From positions 24,757 through 88,756 of the forward strand of contig CAWESL010000015.1 of NCBI GenBank assembly GCA_963811705.1: 64,000 nucleotides of DNA. Reading direction: 5' to 3'. The DNA comes from Ignavibacteriota bacterium (GTDB lineage: Bacteria > Bacteroidota > Ignavibacteria > UBA10030 > UBA6906). The notes under the pieces were generated by a model that saw only the letters and a list, made by a program, of their open reading frames with translations, did not search any database and was not told where the DNA came from. Shown in pieces: positions 36,077 through 45,946 of the stretch. Position 1 is the stretch's first letter. Each line of letters begins with the position of its first letter. The position numbers were made by a program, and so were the translations under genes.

Positions 36077-37924
36077 ATGACCAGGAATCGCTTTATCGTT
36101 CGTGTCGTCGCCGCCGCCTTCCTGGTGCTCGGGTCCGGCACTCTTCTTGCCCAGGAAGCGACGTTCCAGGCGAGTGTCGACAAGAACCCTGTCGGCGTCG
36201 GGGACCAACTCACGCTCTCATTCGCCCTGAACGGTGGCGGAGTGAACGGCGGGGAGAACATGAAACTCCCCGACCTGGGCAAATTCCGGATGCTCTCGGG
36301 GCCGAACCAGTCGACCAATATGCAGTGGGTCAACGGCAAGATGTCGTCTTCGGTCACGTACAGCTATGTCCTTCAGCCGAAGGAAATCGGGAAAATCACG
36401 ATCGGCCCCGCGTCGATTGTCGCCGGGGGAAAAACGCTGGAGAGCAATGCCATCGTGCTGGACGTCGTGAAATCCGCGCCGAAACCCAAACAGGCTCCCG
36501 CGCAGGACGTCAGCGGGCAGATTGCGGACAACTTGTTCGTCAAAGCCGTGGTCAGCAAGACCCGCGCCATCCAGGGCGATCAGATCAATCTGACATTCAA
36601 GTTGTATACGCGGCTCACGGTGCTGAACTATGCCGTCGAGAAAACGCCGACCATGACCGGATTCTGGGGCGAAGACGTTGAGACGCCGAAGGACATCCAG
36701 CTCGCCACGGAAACCGTCAACGGGAAACAATACCGTGTCGGGATCATCAAGAAGATGGCCTTGTTTGCGACGCAATCGGGGACGCTGGAGATCAGCCCGA
36801 TGCAGGTCCAGACGCAGATCCAGGTTCCGGCTCCGCGGTCGCTCGATCCGTTCGACGCGTTTTTCCGCGACCCGTTCGGGCGAACGACCAACTATACGGC
36901 GCAGAGCGAGCCGGTGAAGATCACGATCGAGCCTCTTCCGTCGGGCGCGCCCCCCGATTTCAAAGGCGCCGTCGGCCAATTCGCGATGAGCACGACGCTC
37001 GATAAGCGATCGACGAAGACCAACGAGCCGGTGTCGTTCAAGGTGACGATTTCCGGAACGGGCAACATCAAACTCCTTGAAGCCCCTTCGTTGGAACTTC
37101 CGTCCGATTTCGAGCAATACAGCCCAAAGATCACGGACAACATCAACCGGCAGGGCGATCGCATCAGCGGGAGCAAGGTGTTTGAGTACCTTCTCATTCC
37201 GCGGTACCCGGGGCTGAAGATCATCAAACCGCTGACCTTCTCCTACTTCGATCTCGCAAAACGGGAATACGTCCGGCTCCGCTCGCCTGAGGTGGAGTTG
37301 AACGTGGAGCAGGGGACGAGCTCCCCGCAGCCCCTTGCTGTCGGATCGAACAGGGAAGATGTCCGGCTGCTCAATCAGGACATCCGCTTCATCAAAGTGC
37401 GCGACACGGGATTCCGGCGTCAGGGTGAATTCCTGTACAACACGCCAATGTTCGTCGCCCTCTGGGTCCTGCCGCTCGCCGGACTCGCGGGCTCCGTGCT
37501 GTACACGCGCAACCGCCGGGCCATCATCGAAGACGTGGCAGGATACCGAAACAGGAAGGCCATCGGCGTGGCCCGGAAACGCCTGAAGGTCGCGGAACGC
37601 CTGATCAAAGATCTCTCGCCGAAAGCGGGTGCGACCGCCGCGACCGGACCTCGGTTCTATTCGGAAGTCTCCGGCGCGCTCTGGCAATACCTCGGCGACA
37701 AGCTCTCGATTCCGCAGGCGGAGTTTTCCGTTGAACGCGCAACCGGCTCGCTCGACGAGCACGGCGCCCCGGCAGAAACGATCGGCGCGCTGAAATCGCT
37801 TCTGGAAACGTGCGACCTCGTGCGCTTCGCCCCCGGAAATGTCGATCGGGCCGAAATGCAGCGGACCTATGACGAAGCGAGCCGCATCATTGTGGAACTC
37901 GAACAGAAGCTGAAATTCTCATGA
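36077..37924 (+). CDS. batD: BatD (oxygen-tolerance family) protein
   Basis: The ORF is 615 aa. A signal peptide is followed by repeated Ig-like exported modules, a single TM ('MFVALWVLPLAGLAGSVLY') and a cytoplasmic helical tail ending '...CDLVRFAPG'. Confidence 0.85.
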   Translation: MTRNRFIVRVVAAAFLVLGSGTLLAQEATFQASVDKNPVGVGDQLTLSFALNGGGVNGGENMKLPDLGKFRMLSGPNQSTNMQWVNGKMSSSVTYSYVLQPKEIGKITIGPASIVAGGKTLESNAIVLDVVKSAPKPKQAPAQDVSGQIADNLFVKAVVSKTRAIQGDQINLTFKLYTRLTVLNYAVEKTPTMTGFWGEDVETPKDIQLATETVNGKQYRVGIIKKMALFATQSGTLEISPMQVQTQIQVPAPRSLDPFDAFFRDPFGRTTNYTAQSEPVKITIEPLPSGAPPDFKGAVGQFAMSTTLDKRSTKTNEPVSFKVTISGTGNIKLLEAPSLELPSDFEQYSPKITDNINRQGDRISGSKVFEYLLIPRYPGLKIIKPLTFSYFDLAKREYVRLRSPEVELNVEQGTSSPQPLAVGSNREDVRLLNQDIRFIKVRDTGFRRQGEFLYNTPMFVALWVLPLAGLAGSVLYTRNRRAIIEDVAGYRNRKAIGVARKRLKVAERLIKDLSPKAGATAATGPRFYSEVSGALWQYLGDKLSIPQAEFSVERATGSLDEHGAPAETIGALKSLLETCDLVRFAPGNVDRAEMQRTYDEASRIIVELEQKLKFS

Positions 37925-38679
37925 ATCGAATCCGGTGGCTCCTGACTTTCCTGGTCATTCTCTCCGTCTCGGGGTTCGGACAAACGCCCGAACAGCTCTT
38001 CGGCGAAGGGAATCAAGCGTATCAGAAGGGGGACCTTGCGAAGGCGACGGAGTTGTACGAGTCGATCCTCCACAATGGCTATGTGAACAGCGATCTCTAC
38101 TATAATCTCGGCAACGCGTATTACAAGCAAGGGAACATCGCCAGGGCGATTCTGAACTACGAACGGGCCGCCCGCCTCACTCCCGGCGACGACGATCTCC
38201 GCCATAATCTCCAGCTTGCCAATCAGATGATCACCGACAGGATCGACCCGACGCCGCGGCTGTTCGTCTGGGATTGGTGGACGTCCATCAAGAACTGGCT
38301 GCCGTTTGAAACGCTGACGTGGCTGCTCTTCGTCGCCGTCACCCTCGTCGCGACGTCAATCTCCCTGGTGATCGCCGGTCGCTCCTATCGCATGCGCCGC
38401 ATCGCCTTGTTGTCGGCCCTCGTGGAAGGCCTGCTTCTCCTCCTTGTCGGAGCGATCTTTGCGGGGCGCTACTCGGATGTGCACCGGGCCGACGAGGCCA
38501 TCGTTGTAACGGCGGTGGTGAACGTCAAGAATTCGCCTGACGCGCGAAGCAGTGACGCCTTCGTCATCCATGCAGGCCTTAAAGTGCAACTGACCGATTA
38601 TCTTGGAAATTGGACCAAGGTAAGGCTGGCTGACGGCAAGGTCGGCTGGTTGGAGGGAAAAGATCTCGAAGCTATCTGA
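37921..38679 (+). CDS. batE: BatE: TPR, TM and C-terminal SH3-like domain protein
   Basis: It has an ATGA overlap with batD. The TPR is 'GNQAYQKGDLAKATELYESIL...YYNLGNAYYKQGNIARAILNYERAARLTP'. Two TM helices are present. The C-terminus 'WTKVRLADGKVGWLEGKDLEAI' is SH3b-like. Confidence 0.85.
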   Translation: MNRIRWLLTFLVILSVSGFGQTPEQLFGEGNQAYQKGDLAKATELYESILHNGYVNSDLYYNLGNAYYKQGNIARAILNYERAARLTPGDDDLRHNLQLANQMITDRIDPTPRLFVWDWWTSIKNWLPFETLTWLLFVAVTLVATSISLVIAGRSYRMRRIALLSALVEGLLLLLVGAIFAGRYSDVHRADEAIVVTAVVNVKNSPDARSSDAFVIHAGLKVQLTDYLGNWTKVRLADGKVGWLEGKDLEAI

Positions 38680-38790
38680 AGTTTTAAGGCGCCAGATTGG
38701 CGGGATTTCTTACGCCTCTCCCTGCCCGTCGATGGCCCCCTTTTTTGCGATTCCGCCCTGAATTTTCCGACTCCCTTTGTTGTTTTATTA

Positions 38791-39534
38791 TTATCGCTTG
38801 AAATTCCAGGAATCTTGTTTATACTTTGAGTCGACAAGCTGGCGCACCGTTTCCCAGGGTGGATCGAAGGGGTCCGCTGCTGCCGCCCACTGGCGTGAAA
38901 TCACGGATTTGAGTTCTTCAGTGTGAATATGGATGTTGGTAAGAAACCTTGCGTGAGGACGGTTTTGCCGGTATCCCGGTTGTCGTGAAGGCATCGGCAG
39001 AAGACGGGATATCCATTGAAGATCGGCGTCGCACAGGACGACACCGTGGAAAAGCAAGGAAGACTCTCCGCGTCGCTGGGCGTTGCCGCAAAATTTCTTT
39101 CCGTTAAGTGCCAGGTCCGATATCCCTTCGATTGTCACCGTCGTCGCCTTCACGAGGTGTGCGAACGCGCGCCGGAACGACTCCATGATCGCGCGGTTCG
39201 TCGACTCGATCGTCGAGAATTCCTTCGCGGCGGCGTAGGGGAGCACAAGCGTATAGTTCAGGCATCCCGGCATCTGGACAACAGTACCACCGCCCGTGCA
39301 TCGACGGAGTACCGGGATGTGAAGCGATCGACAGATGTCGGTCTGCACCTCGCGATCGACGATGTTGGTGTATCCGACGACGACAAAAGTGCTGTCGGGA
39401 ACCCAGAACCGGAGTATGCCGGGACCGCCGTTGCGCTCGCAGGCAAGAAAGAGCGCCTCGTCGCAGGCGAGATTTTCCTCGGGAGAGCGCAGCGAAAGGT
39501 CAAGGATGCGGGGAGGGGGATTCAGGTGGACCAT
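38791..39534 (-). CDS. Lipoate-protein ligase / octanoyltransferase family protein (catalytic domain only)
   Basis: The internal ATG at 39534 of ORF 38791..39627 gives a 247-aa product. BPL/LPL catalytic-domain features 'RRCTGGGTVVQ' and 'NGKKFCGNAQRR' (catalytic Lys) are present. It is divergent from aceE. Confidence 0.8.
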   Translation of the reverse strand: MVHLNPPPRILDLSLRSPEENLACDEALFLACERNGGPGILRFWVPDSTFVVVGYTNIVDREVQTDICRSLHIPVLRRCTGGGTVVQMPGCLNYTLVLPYAAAKEFSTIESTNRAIMESFRRAFAHLVKATTVTIEGISDLALNGKKFCGNAQRRGESSLLFHGVVLCDADLQWISRLLPMPSRQPGYRQNRPHARFLTNIHIHTEELKSVISRQWAAAADPFDPPWETVRQLVDSKYKQDSWNFKR

Positions 39535-39575
39535 CGGTGCGCGCGGTATTCCAATGATTTTCCAAGTGAGGCAAC

Positions 39576-42266
39576 GTGGAACAGGAACATACTGAACATC
39601 TGACTGTGCCGCAAGACGGCGATACAAAGGATCGCTGGATCGAGAGTCTTGAGTTCGTCATCGAGACTGTGCTGCGGGATCGCGAGAGCGCACAGGTCCC
39701 GTTGCTGCTGGAGCGGCTGGTCACCCGGCTTCGCGAATCGGGTGTTCCGATTCCCACGACGGTCAGCACACCGTACGTTAACACCATTCCGCCCGACCGG
39801 GAGCCGCCATACCCCGGGAACAGGGAGATCGAGCGCCGCATCAAGAGTTATACCCGGTGGAACGCGATGGCCATGGTGGTTGCGGCGAATCGTCTGCACA
39901 GCGGATTGGGCGGCCATATTTCCACGTTCGCATCGTCGGCGACGCTGTATGATGTTGCCTTCAATCACTTCCTCCGCGGAGGCGAAGGAGAACACCCCGG
40001 AGACCTCGTGTACTTTCAGGGGCATGCCGTCCCGGGCATTTACGCGCGAGCATTTCTCGAAGGACGACTCGATGCAGCGCGCCTGCACAATTTCCGCCAG
40101 GATCTCGCGGCGGGCGGCGGGCTTTCCTCGTATCCGCACCCGTACCTGATGCCCGACTTCTGGCAATTTCCCACGGTCTCCATGGGCCTCGGCCCGATCA
40201 TGTCGATCTACCAGGCGCGGTTCAGCAGATACCTCCGCGCGCGGGGATTGAAGACCGGCGACGAACCGAAAGTGTGGGCGTTCGTCGGCGACGGTGAATC
40301 CGACGAGCCGGAAACGCTCGGCGCCTTGACGGTCGCAAGCCGCGAGCAGCTCGACAATCTCATCTGGGTGGTGAACTGCAATTTGCAGCGGCTCGACGGA
40401 CCGGTCCGTGGAAACGGTAAGATCATCCAGGAACTTGAGATGCTCTTCCGCGGTGCCGGATGGAACGTCATCAAGGTCATCTGGGGTTCGGATTGGGATC
40501 CCCTGTTCGCCGCGGACAAGAAAGGGTTGCTGTTGAAACGGATGGAGGAAGCGGTCGACGGCGACTACCAGAAATATTCCGTTGCTCCGGGGAGCTATAC
40601 CCGGAAGCATTTCTTCGGGAAATACCCGGAGCTGTTCGAGATGGTGAACCACCTCACGGATGCGCAGATCTCGAAGATGCTTCGGGGCGGACATGATCCG
40701 AAGAAAGTGTATGCGGCGTACAAGGCCGCGATGGAGCACACGGGATCGCCCACGGTGATCCTCGCGAAGACGATCAAGGGATACGGTCTGGGCGAGGCGG
40801 GAGAAGGCCGGAATGTCACGCATCAGCAGAAGAAACTGAACGAAAAGGAATTGCGGGAATTCCGTTTGCGGTTCGGCATCCCGATCAGCGATGAAGAGAT
40901 CGCCGAAACACCGTTTTACCGGCCTGCCCCCGAAAGCGAGGAGACGCAATATCTACTTGCCCGTCGGAAAGAACTGGGCGGAGCGCTTCCCAGGAGAGTG
41001 CCGTCGACCGAGCGTCTGACCGTGCCGCCGCTCGCCGCGTTTTCCGAGTTTCTGCGTGGGTCCGAACGGTTCGAGGTGTCCACGACAATGGCATTTGTGC
41101 GGATGCTGAGCATGCTTCTCCGGAACAAGGAGATCGGGAAACGGATTGTTCCGATCATCCCTGACGAAGCCCGCACGTTCGGCATGGACCCGCTGTTCCG
41201 GGAGATCGGCATCTATTCGTCCAAGGGACAGCTCTACGAACCGGTCGACAAAGAATCGCTTCTCTATTATAATGAGACAAAGGAAGGACAGATCCTCGAA
41301 GAGGGGATCACGGAAGCCGGCGCGATGTCGTCCTGGATCGCCGCGGCAACCTCCTATGCGACGCATGGTGTCCCGATGATCCCCTTCTACATCTACTACT
41401 CCATGTTTGGATTTCAGCGTACCGGCGATCTGATGTGGGCGGCGGGGGACATCAAAGCGAAAGGATTTCTTCTGGGCGGGACCGCGGGCCGGACGACATT
41501 GAACGGCGAAGGGCTCCAGCACGAGGACGGCCACAGTCACCTGCTTGCCAGCACCATCCCGACCATTCTGAGCTACGACCCCGCATGGGCGTATGAAGTC
41601 GCCGTCATCATCCAGGACGGACTGCGCCGGATGTATGGGGAAGGTCAGGATCTGTTCTACTATCTCACGCTCTACAACGAAAACTATCCGATGCCTCCGA
41701 TGCCCAAAGGCGTGGAGGAGGGGATTCTGAAGGGGCTCTACAAATTCTCCGAAGGCGCTGCGGACATGAAGTTGAAGGCACACATTCTCGGGAGCGGCCC
41801 GATCCTCCGGTTTGCCGTTGCAGCGCAGAAAATTCTCGCCGAACGGTACAACGTTTCGGCCGATGTCTGGAGCGCAACGAGCTACAAAACCCTCCGCGCC
41901 GATGCGGTGCTCAAGCGGCGCTGGAACATGCTCCACCCCACGCAGCCGCCGCAAGCATCGTACCTGGAAACGCTTCTTTCAAAGGAGCAGGGAGTCTTCG
42001 TCGCGGTGTCGGACTACATGAAACTTGTCCCGGATCAGATCGCGCCGTGGGTGCCGGGCGGCCTGACGACGCTGGGGACGGACGGATTCGGGCGGAGCGA
42101 CACGCGTTCCCAGCTGCGAAGATTTTTTGAAATCGACACGGAGTCCATCGTGGTCGGGACGCTGTATGCCCTTGCTGAAAAAGGACAGGTCAAGCGCCAG
42201 GCGGTGGAGAAGGCCATCAAGGAACTCGGCGTCGATCCGGAGAAACCCTATCCGGAAATTCACTAA
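39576..42266 (+). CDS. aceE: Pyruvate dehydrogenase E1 component (homodimeric AceE type)
   Basis: The start codon is GTG and the ORF is 896 aa. 'GGHISTFASSATLYDVAFNHFLRG', 'VWAFVGDGESDEPETLGAL' and 'NCNLQRLDGPVRGNGKIIQELE' are present. Confidence 0.95.
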   Translation: MEQEHTEHLTVPQDGDTKDRWIESLEFVIETVLRDRESAQVPLLLERLVTRLRESGVPIPTTVSTPYVNTIPPDREPPYPGNREIERRIKSYTRWNAMAMVVAANRLHSGLGGHISTFASSATLYDVAFNHFLRGGEGEHPGDLVYFQGHAVPGIYARAFLEGRLDAARLHNFRQDLAAGGGLSSYPHPYLMPDFWQFPTVSMGLGPIMSIYQARFSRYLRARGLKTGDEPKVWAFVGDGESDEPETLGALTVASREQLDNLIWVVNCNLQRLDGPVRGNGKIIQELEMLFRGAGWNVIKVIWGSDWDPLFAADKKGLLLKRMEEAVDGDYQKYSVAPGSYTRKHFFGKYPELFEMVNHLTDAQISKMLRGGHDPKKVYAAYKAAMEHTGSPTVILAKTIKGYGLGEAGEGRNVTHQQKKLNEKELREFRLRFGIPISDEEIAETPFYRPAPESEETQYLLARRKELGGALPRRVPSTERLTVPPLAAFSEFLRGSERFEVSTTMAFVRMLSMLLRNKEIGKRIVPIIPDEARTFGMDPLFREIGIYSSKGQLYEPVDKESLLYYNETKEGQILEEGITEAGAMSSWIAAATSYATHGVPMIPFYIYYSMFGFQRTGDLMWAAGDIKAKGFLLGGTAGRTTLNGEGLQHEDGHSHLLASTIPTILSYDPAWAYEVAVIIQDGLRRMYGEGQDLFYYLTLYNENYPMPPMPKGVEEGILKGLYKFSEGAADMKLKAHILGSGPILRFAVAAQKILAERYNVSADVWSATSYKTLRADAVLKRRWNMLHPTQPPQASYLETLLSKEQGVFVAVSDYMKLVPDQIAPWVPGGLTTLGTDGFGRSDTRSQLRRFFEIDTESIVVGTLYALAEKGQVKRQAVEKAIKELGVDPEKPYPEIH

Positions 42267-42307
42267 GCACCGTCCGCTGCATTGAATGACTCAGGAGAGA
42301 CTATCGC

Positions 42308-43642
42308 ATGGATGTGAAACTCCCACGACTTGGAGAAGGCGCAGACTCCGGAACCGTTGCAAGCGTCTTCGTGCACGTTGGCGACAAAGTCAACAAGGAC
42401 CAGCCGGTTCTCGAGCTCGAGAGCGACAAGGCGGTCGCATCGATTCCGTCGCCGTCCGCCGGGACGGTGACGAAGATCCACGTCAAGGAAGGCGACCTGA
42501 TCAAAGTCGGCCAGCTGATTGTGTCGCTGGACGAGGGAAGCACGCCGGAGCCGGTCGTCAGTCACAAACGCGAAGAGATCGAGGAGCCGGAGATCTCGGT
42601 GGCGCCTTCCGGGACGCTGGTCGGGCCGTCGAATACGCCGATCCCGATGACGCAGCACCCCGTCGAAGAACGTCCGACGATGATGTCGGGAATCCTGCCG
42701 TCGCCGAGCGCACTGCCTCCGGCGGCGTCACCCACCATCCGAAAGATCGCCCGCGACCTGGGCATCGATCTTCGCCGTGTCCGCGGGACCGAGCGCGGCG
42801 GCCGGATTGTCATCGGCGACTTGCGCACGTATATTGCCCTCCTGCAGGAAATCGCCGGCCGGGCACAGGGTGCGCCGACGACGGAACAAGTATCGCCCCC
42901 GTCCGCCCCGACGGTGCAGCCGGTCGACTTTTCGAAGTGGGGGCCGGTCCATACGGAGAAACTGTCCACGCTGCGGCGCACGATCAGCACGCGGATGACG
43001 GATGCCTGGACGGCGATCCCGCATGTCACGCAGTTCGATCAGGTGGACATCACGGACCTTCTCGCGTTGCAGAAAAAATACGCCGCGGCGTATGAGAAGA
43101 AGAAGGCGCGGCTGACCCTGACGCCCCTGTTGCTCAAGGCGCTGGCAGGCGTGATCAAAAAGCACCCGAAATTCAACGCGAGCCTTGACGAGCTCAACGG
43201 CCAGCTCGTGTTCAAGGACTATTTCCATTGCGGCATCGCGGTGGATACCGAGCTGGGGTTAATCGTTCCGGTGATCCGCGACGTCGATAAAAAGCCGCTA
43301 TTGGATCTGGCGCTCGAATTGCAGGACCTGGCCGTCAGGACGCGCGAGCGAAAGGTCGGATTGAACGAGATGGCCGGCGGTACCTTTACGATTTCCAACC
43401 AGGGCGGAATCGGAAGCGGGCATTTTACGCCGATCATCAATCGCCCCGAAGTTGCGATCCTCGGCGTGGCCCGCGCGACCGAACAGATGGTGTTCCGGAA
43501 GACGAAGTTCGTTCGCCGCACCATCCTCCCGGTCAGCCTTTCCTACGACCATCGGGTGATCGACGGGGCCGACGCCGCGCGGTTCATGGTTGATTTCGTC
43601 GCGACGCTCGAGCGCTTGGGCGAAAAAGAAATCAAGCTTTGA
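42308..43642 (+). CDS. aceF: Dihydrolipoamide acetyltransferase E2 (single lipoyl domain)
   Basis: The lipoyl motif 'LELESDKAVASIPSP', the E3-binding domain 'ASPTIRKIARDLGIDLRRVRGTERGGRI' and the catalytic 'SLSYDHRVIDGADAARF' are present. Confidence 0.95.
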   Translation: MDVKLPRLGEGADSGTVASVFVHVGDKVNKDQPVLELESDKAVASIPSPSAGTVTKIHVKEGDLIKVGQLIVSLDEGSTPEPVVSHKREEIEEPEISVAPSGTLVGPSNTPIPMTQHPVEERPTMMSGILPSPSALPPAASPTIRKIARDLGIDLRRVRGTERGGRIVIGDLRTYIALLQEIAGRAQGAPTTEQVSPPSAPTVQPVDFSKWGPVHTEKLSTLRRTISTRMTDAWTAIPHVTQFDQVDITDLLALQKKYAAAYEKKKARLTLTPLLLKALAGVIKKHPKFNASLDELNGQLVFKDYFHCGIAVDTELGLIVPVIRDVDKKPLLDLALELQDLAVRTRERKVGLNEMAGGTFTISNQGGIGSGHFTPIINRPEVAILGVARATEQMVFRKTKFVRRTILPVSLSYDHRVIDGADAARFMVDFVATLERLGEKEIKL

Positions 43643-43691
43643 CACGTTCCCAATTCATGACATCAGGAAAAGCCGGTAAGCGAGGTATCCA

Positions 43692-45125
43692 GTGAAAGCA
43701 ACGAAGACGGACATTGTCGTAGTCGGTGCGGGACCCGGCGGCTATGCTGCGGCGTTTTACGCGGCCGAGCTGGGCAAAAGCGTCGTTATGGTGGAAATGG
43801 ACAAACGCCTTGGCGGCGTCTGCCTGAACCGCGGATGCATTCCATCGAAAGCGCTGCTGCACGCGTCCAAATTGATCAAGGAAGCGGAAGAGTCGGGGTT
43901 TCGCGGGATCGAATTCGAAAAACCGAAGATCAACCTCAGGCAAATGCGCGAGTGGAAGGAATCGATTCTCGCGAAGCTCGCCCAGGGCGTCGCGGATCTC
44001 GCGAAGAAGCGTGGCGTGACCGTGATCTATGGCCGCGGGTATTTCGAGGATTCGAAAACCCTTCGTGTCGAAACCTCCGGCGGACAAACCTACTTCACCT
44101 ATGACCAGGCCATCATTGCGACGGGATCGCTCGCCGCGATGCCGGCGGCGTTCGATCTCGGCAACCCCCGGATCATGACGTCGACGGAGGCGCTGGAGAT
44201 CGAGGATGTGCCGGAGCGAATGCTGATCGTCGGCGGCGGGTACATCGGAATGGAACTGGGCACCGTCTACCAGACGCTCGGCAGTACCATCGTGCTCGTG
44301 GAAGCCCTCGGCACAATATTGCAGGGAGCCGACGCAGATCTCGTCCGCCCCGTTCTCCGGTATGTCGAGAAGAATTTCGAAGAAGTGCGGACGAATGCCA
44401 AGGTGCTGAAGATGGCGACGAGCGGGAAACAGATCAAGGTCACGATCGAACACAACGGTCAGACGAAGGATGAACTGTACGACCGCGTGCTCGTGTCCGT
44501 CGGCCGGACGCCGAACAGCCGGAACCTCGGCCTGGAGAACACGAAGGTGACGCTTGATGAAAAGGGGTTCGTCAAAGTGAATGATCGGCAACAGACGGAC
44601 GATGCTTCAATCTACGCCATCGGCGATGTCGCGGGGGGAGTGCTTCTCGCGCACAAGGCCTCGAAGGAGGCCCGGGTGGCGGTCGAGGTGATCTGCGGAG
44701 AGATGAGTCAATTCAAAGACATCGTCATCCCTGCAGTGGTGTTTACCGATCCCGAGATTGCGTGGTGCGGTTTGACGGAAGCGGAAGCGAAGGAGAAGGG
44801 GATCGAGGTGCAGACGGCAAAGTTCCCGTGGTCGGCGTCGGGGCGGGCGTTGAGTTTCGACCGGACCGAAGGGATGACCAAGCTGATCATCGATCCGCAA
44901 ACCGAACGGCTCCTGGGAGTGGGGATCGTGGGTGTCGGCGCGGGAGACCTTATCAGTGAGGCGGTTGTTGCCATCGAGCTGGGAGCCACGGCGCGTGACC
45001 TAGCCGAGTCCGTCCATCCGCATCCCACCCTGTCCGAAACGCTGAGCGAAGCTGCCGAAGTGTTCTACGGTGTTTCGACACACATGTATTCACGGCGCAA
45101 GGCGAAACAGGAACCGGCACTCTGA
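43692..45125 (+). CDS. lpdA: Dihydrolipoyl dehydrogenase E3
   Basis: The start codon is GTG. The FAD motif 'VVVGAGPGGYAAA', the redox disulfide 'GGVCLNRGCIPSK' and the C-terminal 'HPHPTLSE' are present. Confidence 0.95.
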   Translation: MKATKTDIVVVGAGPGGYAAAFYAAELGKSVVMVEMDKRLGGVCLNRGCIPSKALLHASKLIKEAEESGFRGIEFEKPKINLRQMREWKESILAKLAQGVADLAKKRGVTVIYGRGYFEDSKTLRVETSGGQTYFTYDQAIIATGSLAAMPAAFDLGNPRIMTSTEALEIEDVPERMLIVGGGYIGMELGTVYQTLGSTIVLVEALGTILQGADADLVRPVLRYVEKNFEEVRTNAKVLKMATSGKQIKVTIEHNGQTKDELYDRVLVSVGRTPNSRNLGLENTKVTLDEKGFVKVNDRQQTDDASIYAIGDVAGGVLLAHKASKEARVAVEVICGEMSQFKDIVIPAVVFTDPEIAWCGLTEAEAKEKGIEVQTAKFPWSASGRALSFDRTEGMTKLIIDPQTERLLGVGIVGVGAGDLISEAVVAIELGATARDLAESVHPHPTLSETLSEAAEVFYGVSTHMYSRRKAKQEPAL

Positions 45126-45168
45126 CGGGTGCCGAATCATGCACTGTGGGACCGCCCGCCCGACACCT

Positions 45169-45747
45169 TCACCGCTCTGCGAGCGCCTGCTCCACCGCCT
45201 GAACAATGTCGGCCGAAAGCGGTTCGACGTTCGGCGCAAAGCGCGCGAGAAGTTCACCGTTGCGCCCCACAAGAAACTTCTGAAAGTTCCACTCGATCTC
45301 TCCGCTGAACTTCGGGTCGGTTTCTTTTTCTGTGAGGAACCGGTAGAGCGGATGTTTGTCCTTCCCCCGCACAGAAATCTTCGAGAACATGTCGAACGTT
45401 ACCCCGTACTTCGCAGTGCAGAACGATTTGATCTCCTGATCCGTGCCTGGCTCCTGGCTGAGGAAGTTGTTTGCCGGGAACCCGAGGATCACCAATCCCT
45501 TCTCCTTGTATTTCTGATAGAGTGACTCAAGTCCCTGGTACTGCGGGGTGAATCCGCAGCGTGAAGCAACATTCACGATGAGAACCACCTTCCCCTTGTA
45601 CGTGGAGAGAGGGATATCCCTCCCGTCGATATTCTTCATCGTAAAATCAAGCACAGACTTCGCCGTCACCGGCGCTCCAGCGAACGCCGGCGTGATGACC
45701 TCGGCGAGAATAGTCGGGAGCAAGAGAATTGTACGGAGAATGTTCAT
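45169..45747 (-). CDS. gpx: Glutathione peroxidase (Cys type) with a signal peptide
   Basis: 'VVLIVNVASRCGFTPQY', 'ILGFPANNFLSQEPG' and 'WNFQKFLV' are present. The ORF is 192 aa. Confidence 0.9.
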   Translation of the reverse strand: MNILRTILLLPTILAEVITPAFAGAPVTAKSVLDFTMKNIDGRDIPLSTYKGKVVLIVNVASRCGFTPQYQGLESLYQKYKEKGLVILGFPANNFLSQEPGTDQEIKSFCTAKYGVTFDMFSKISVRGKDKHPLYRFLTEKETDPKFSGEIEWNFQKFLVGRNGELLARFAPNVEPLSADIVQAVEQALAER

Positions 45748-45946
45748 TATGGTCTCTTTGCGAGGAGAATTATCAGATAAAGCTCGTGGGTCTGTTAGAT
45801 TAACATTTCATGAAAATTGGAAGTTCCACTTGACTTTTTGACTTCTTCTCGTGAACTTCCCCTTGCGAAGCGCATTGAGGTCGTAACTGCGGGTTTTTCT
45901 CGTGATGTAGCTCTCATTAGTCGTTGATAATGGAGAGGAGGCGGAG

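Noticed and set aside
35243-36208. 321-aa minus-strand ORF with striking poly-Leu/Val/Phe runs that look like many TM helices.
   Set aside because: It is the reverse complement of the CAG/AAC/AAG-rich low-complexity tail of BatC. The hydrophobic appearance is a complement artefact.
42286-43095. 269-aa alternative-frame plus-strand ORF inside the E2 acetyltransferase gene.
   Set aside because: The E2 frame carries the lipoyl, E3-binding and catalytic motifs. The alternative frame is R/G/P/A-rich with no motif.
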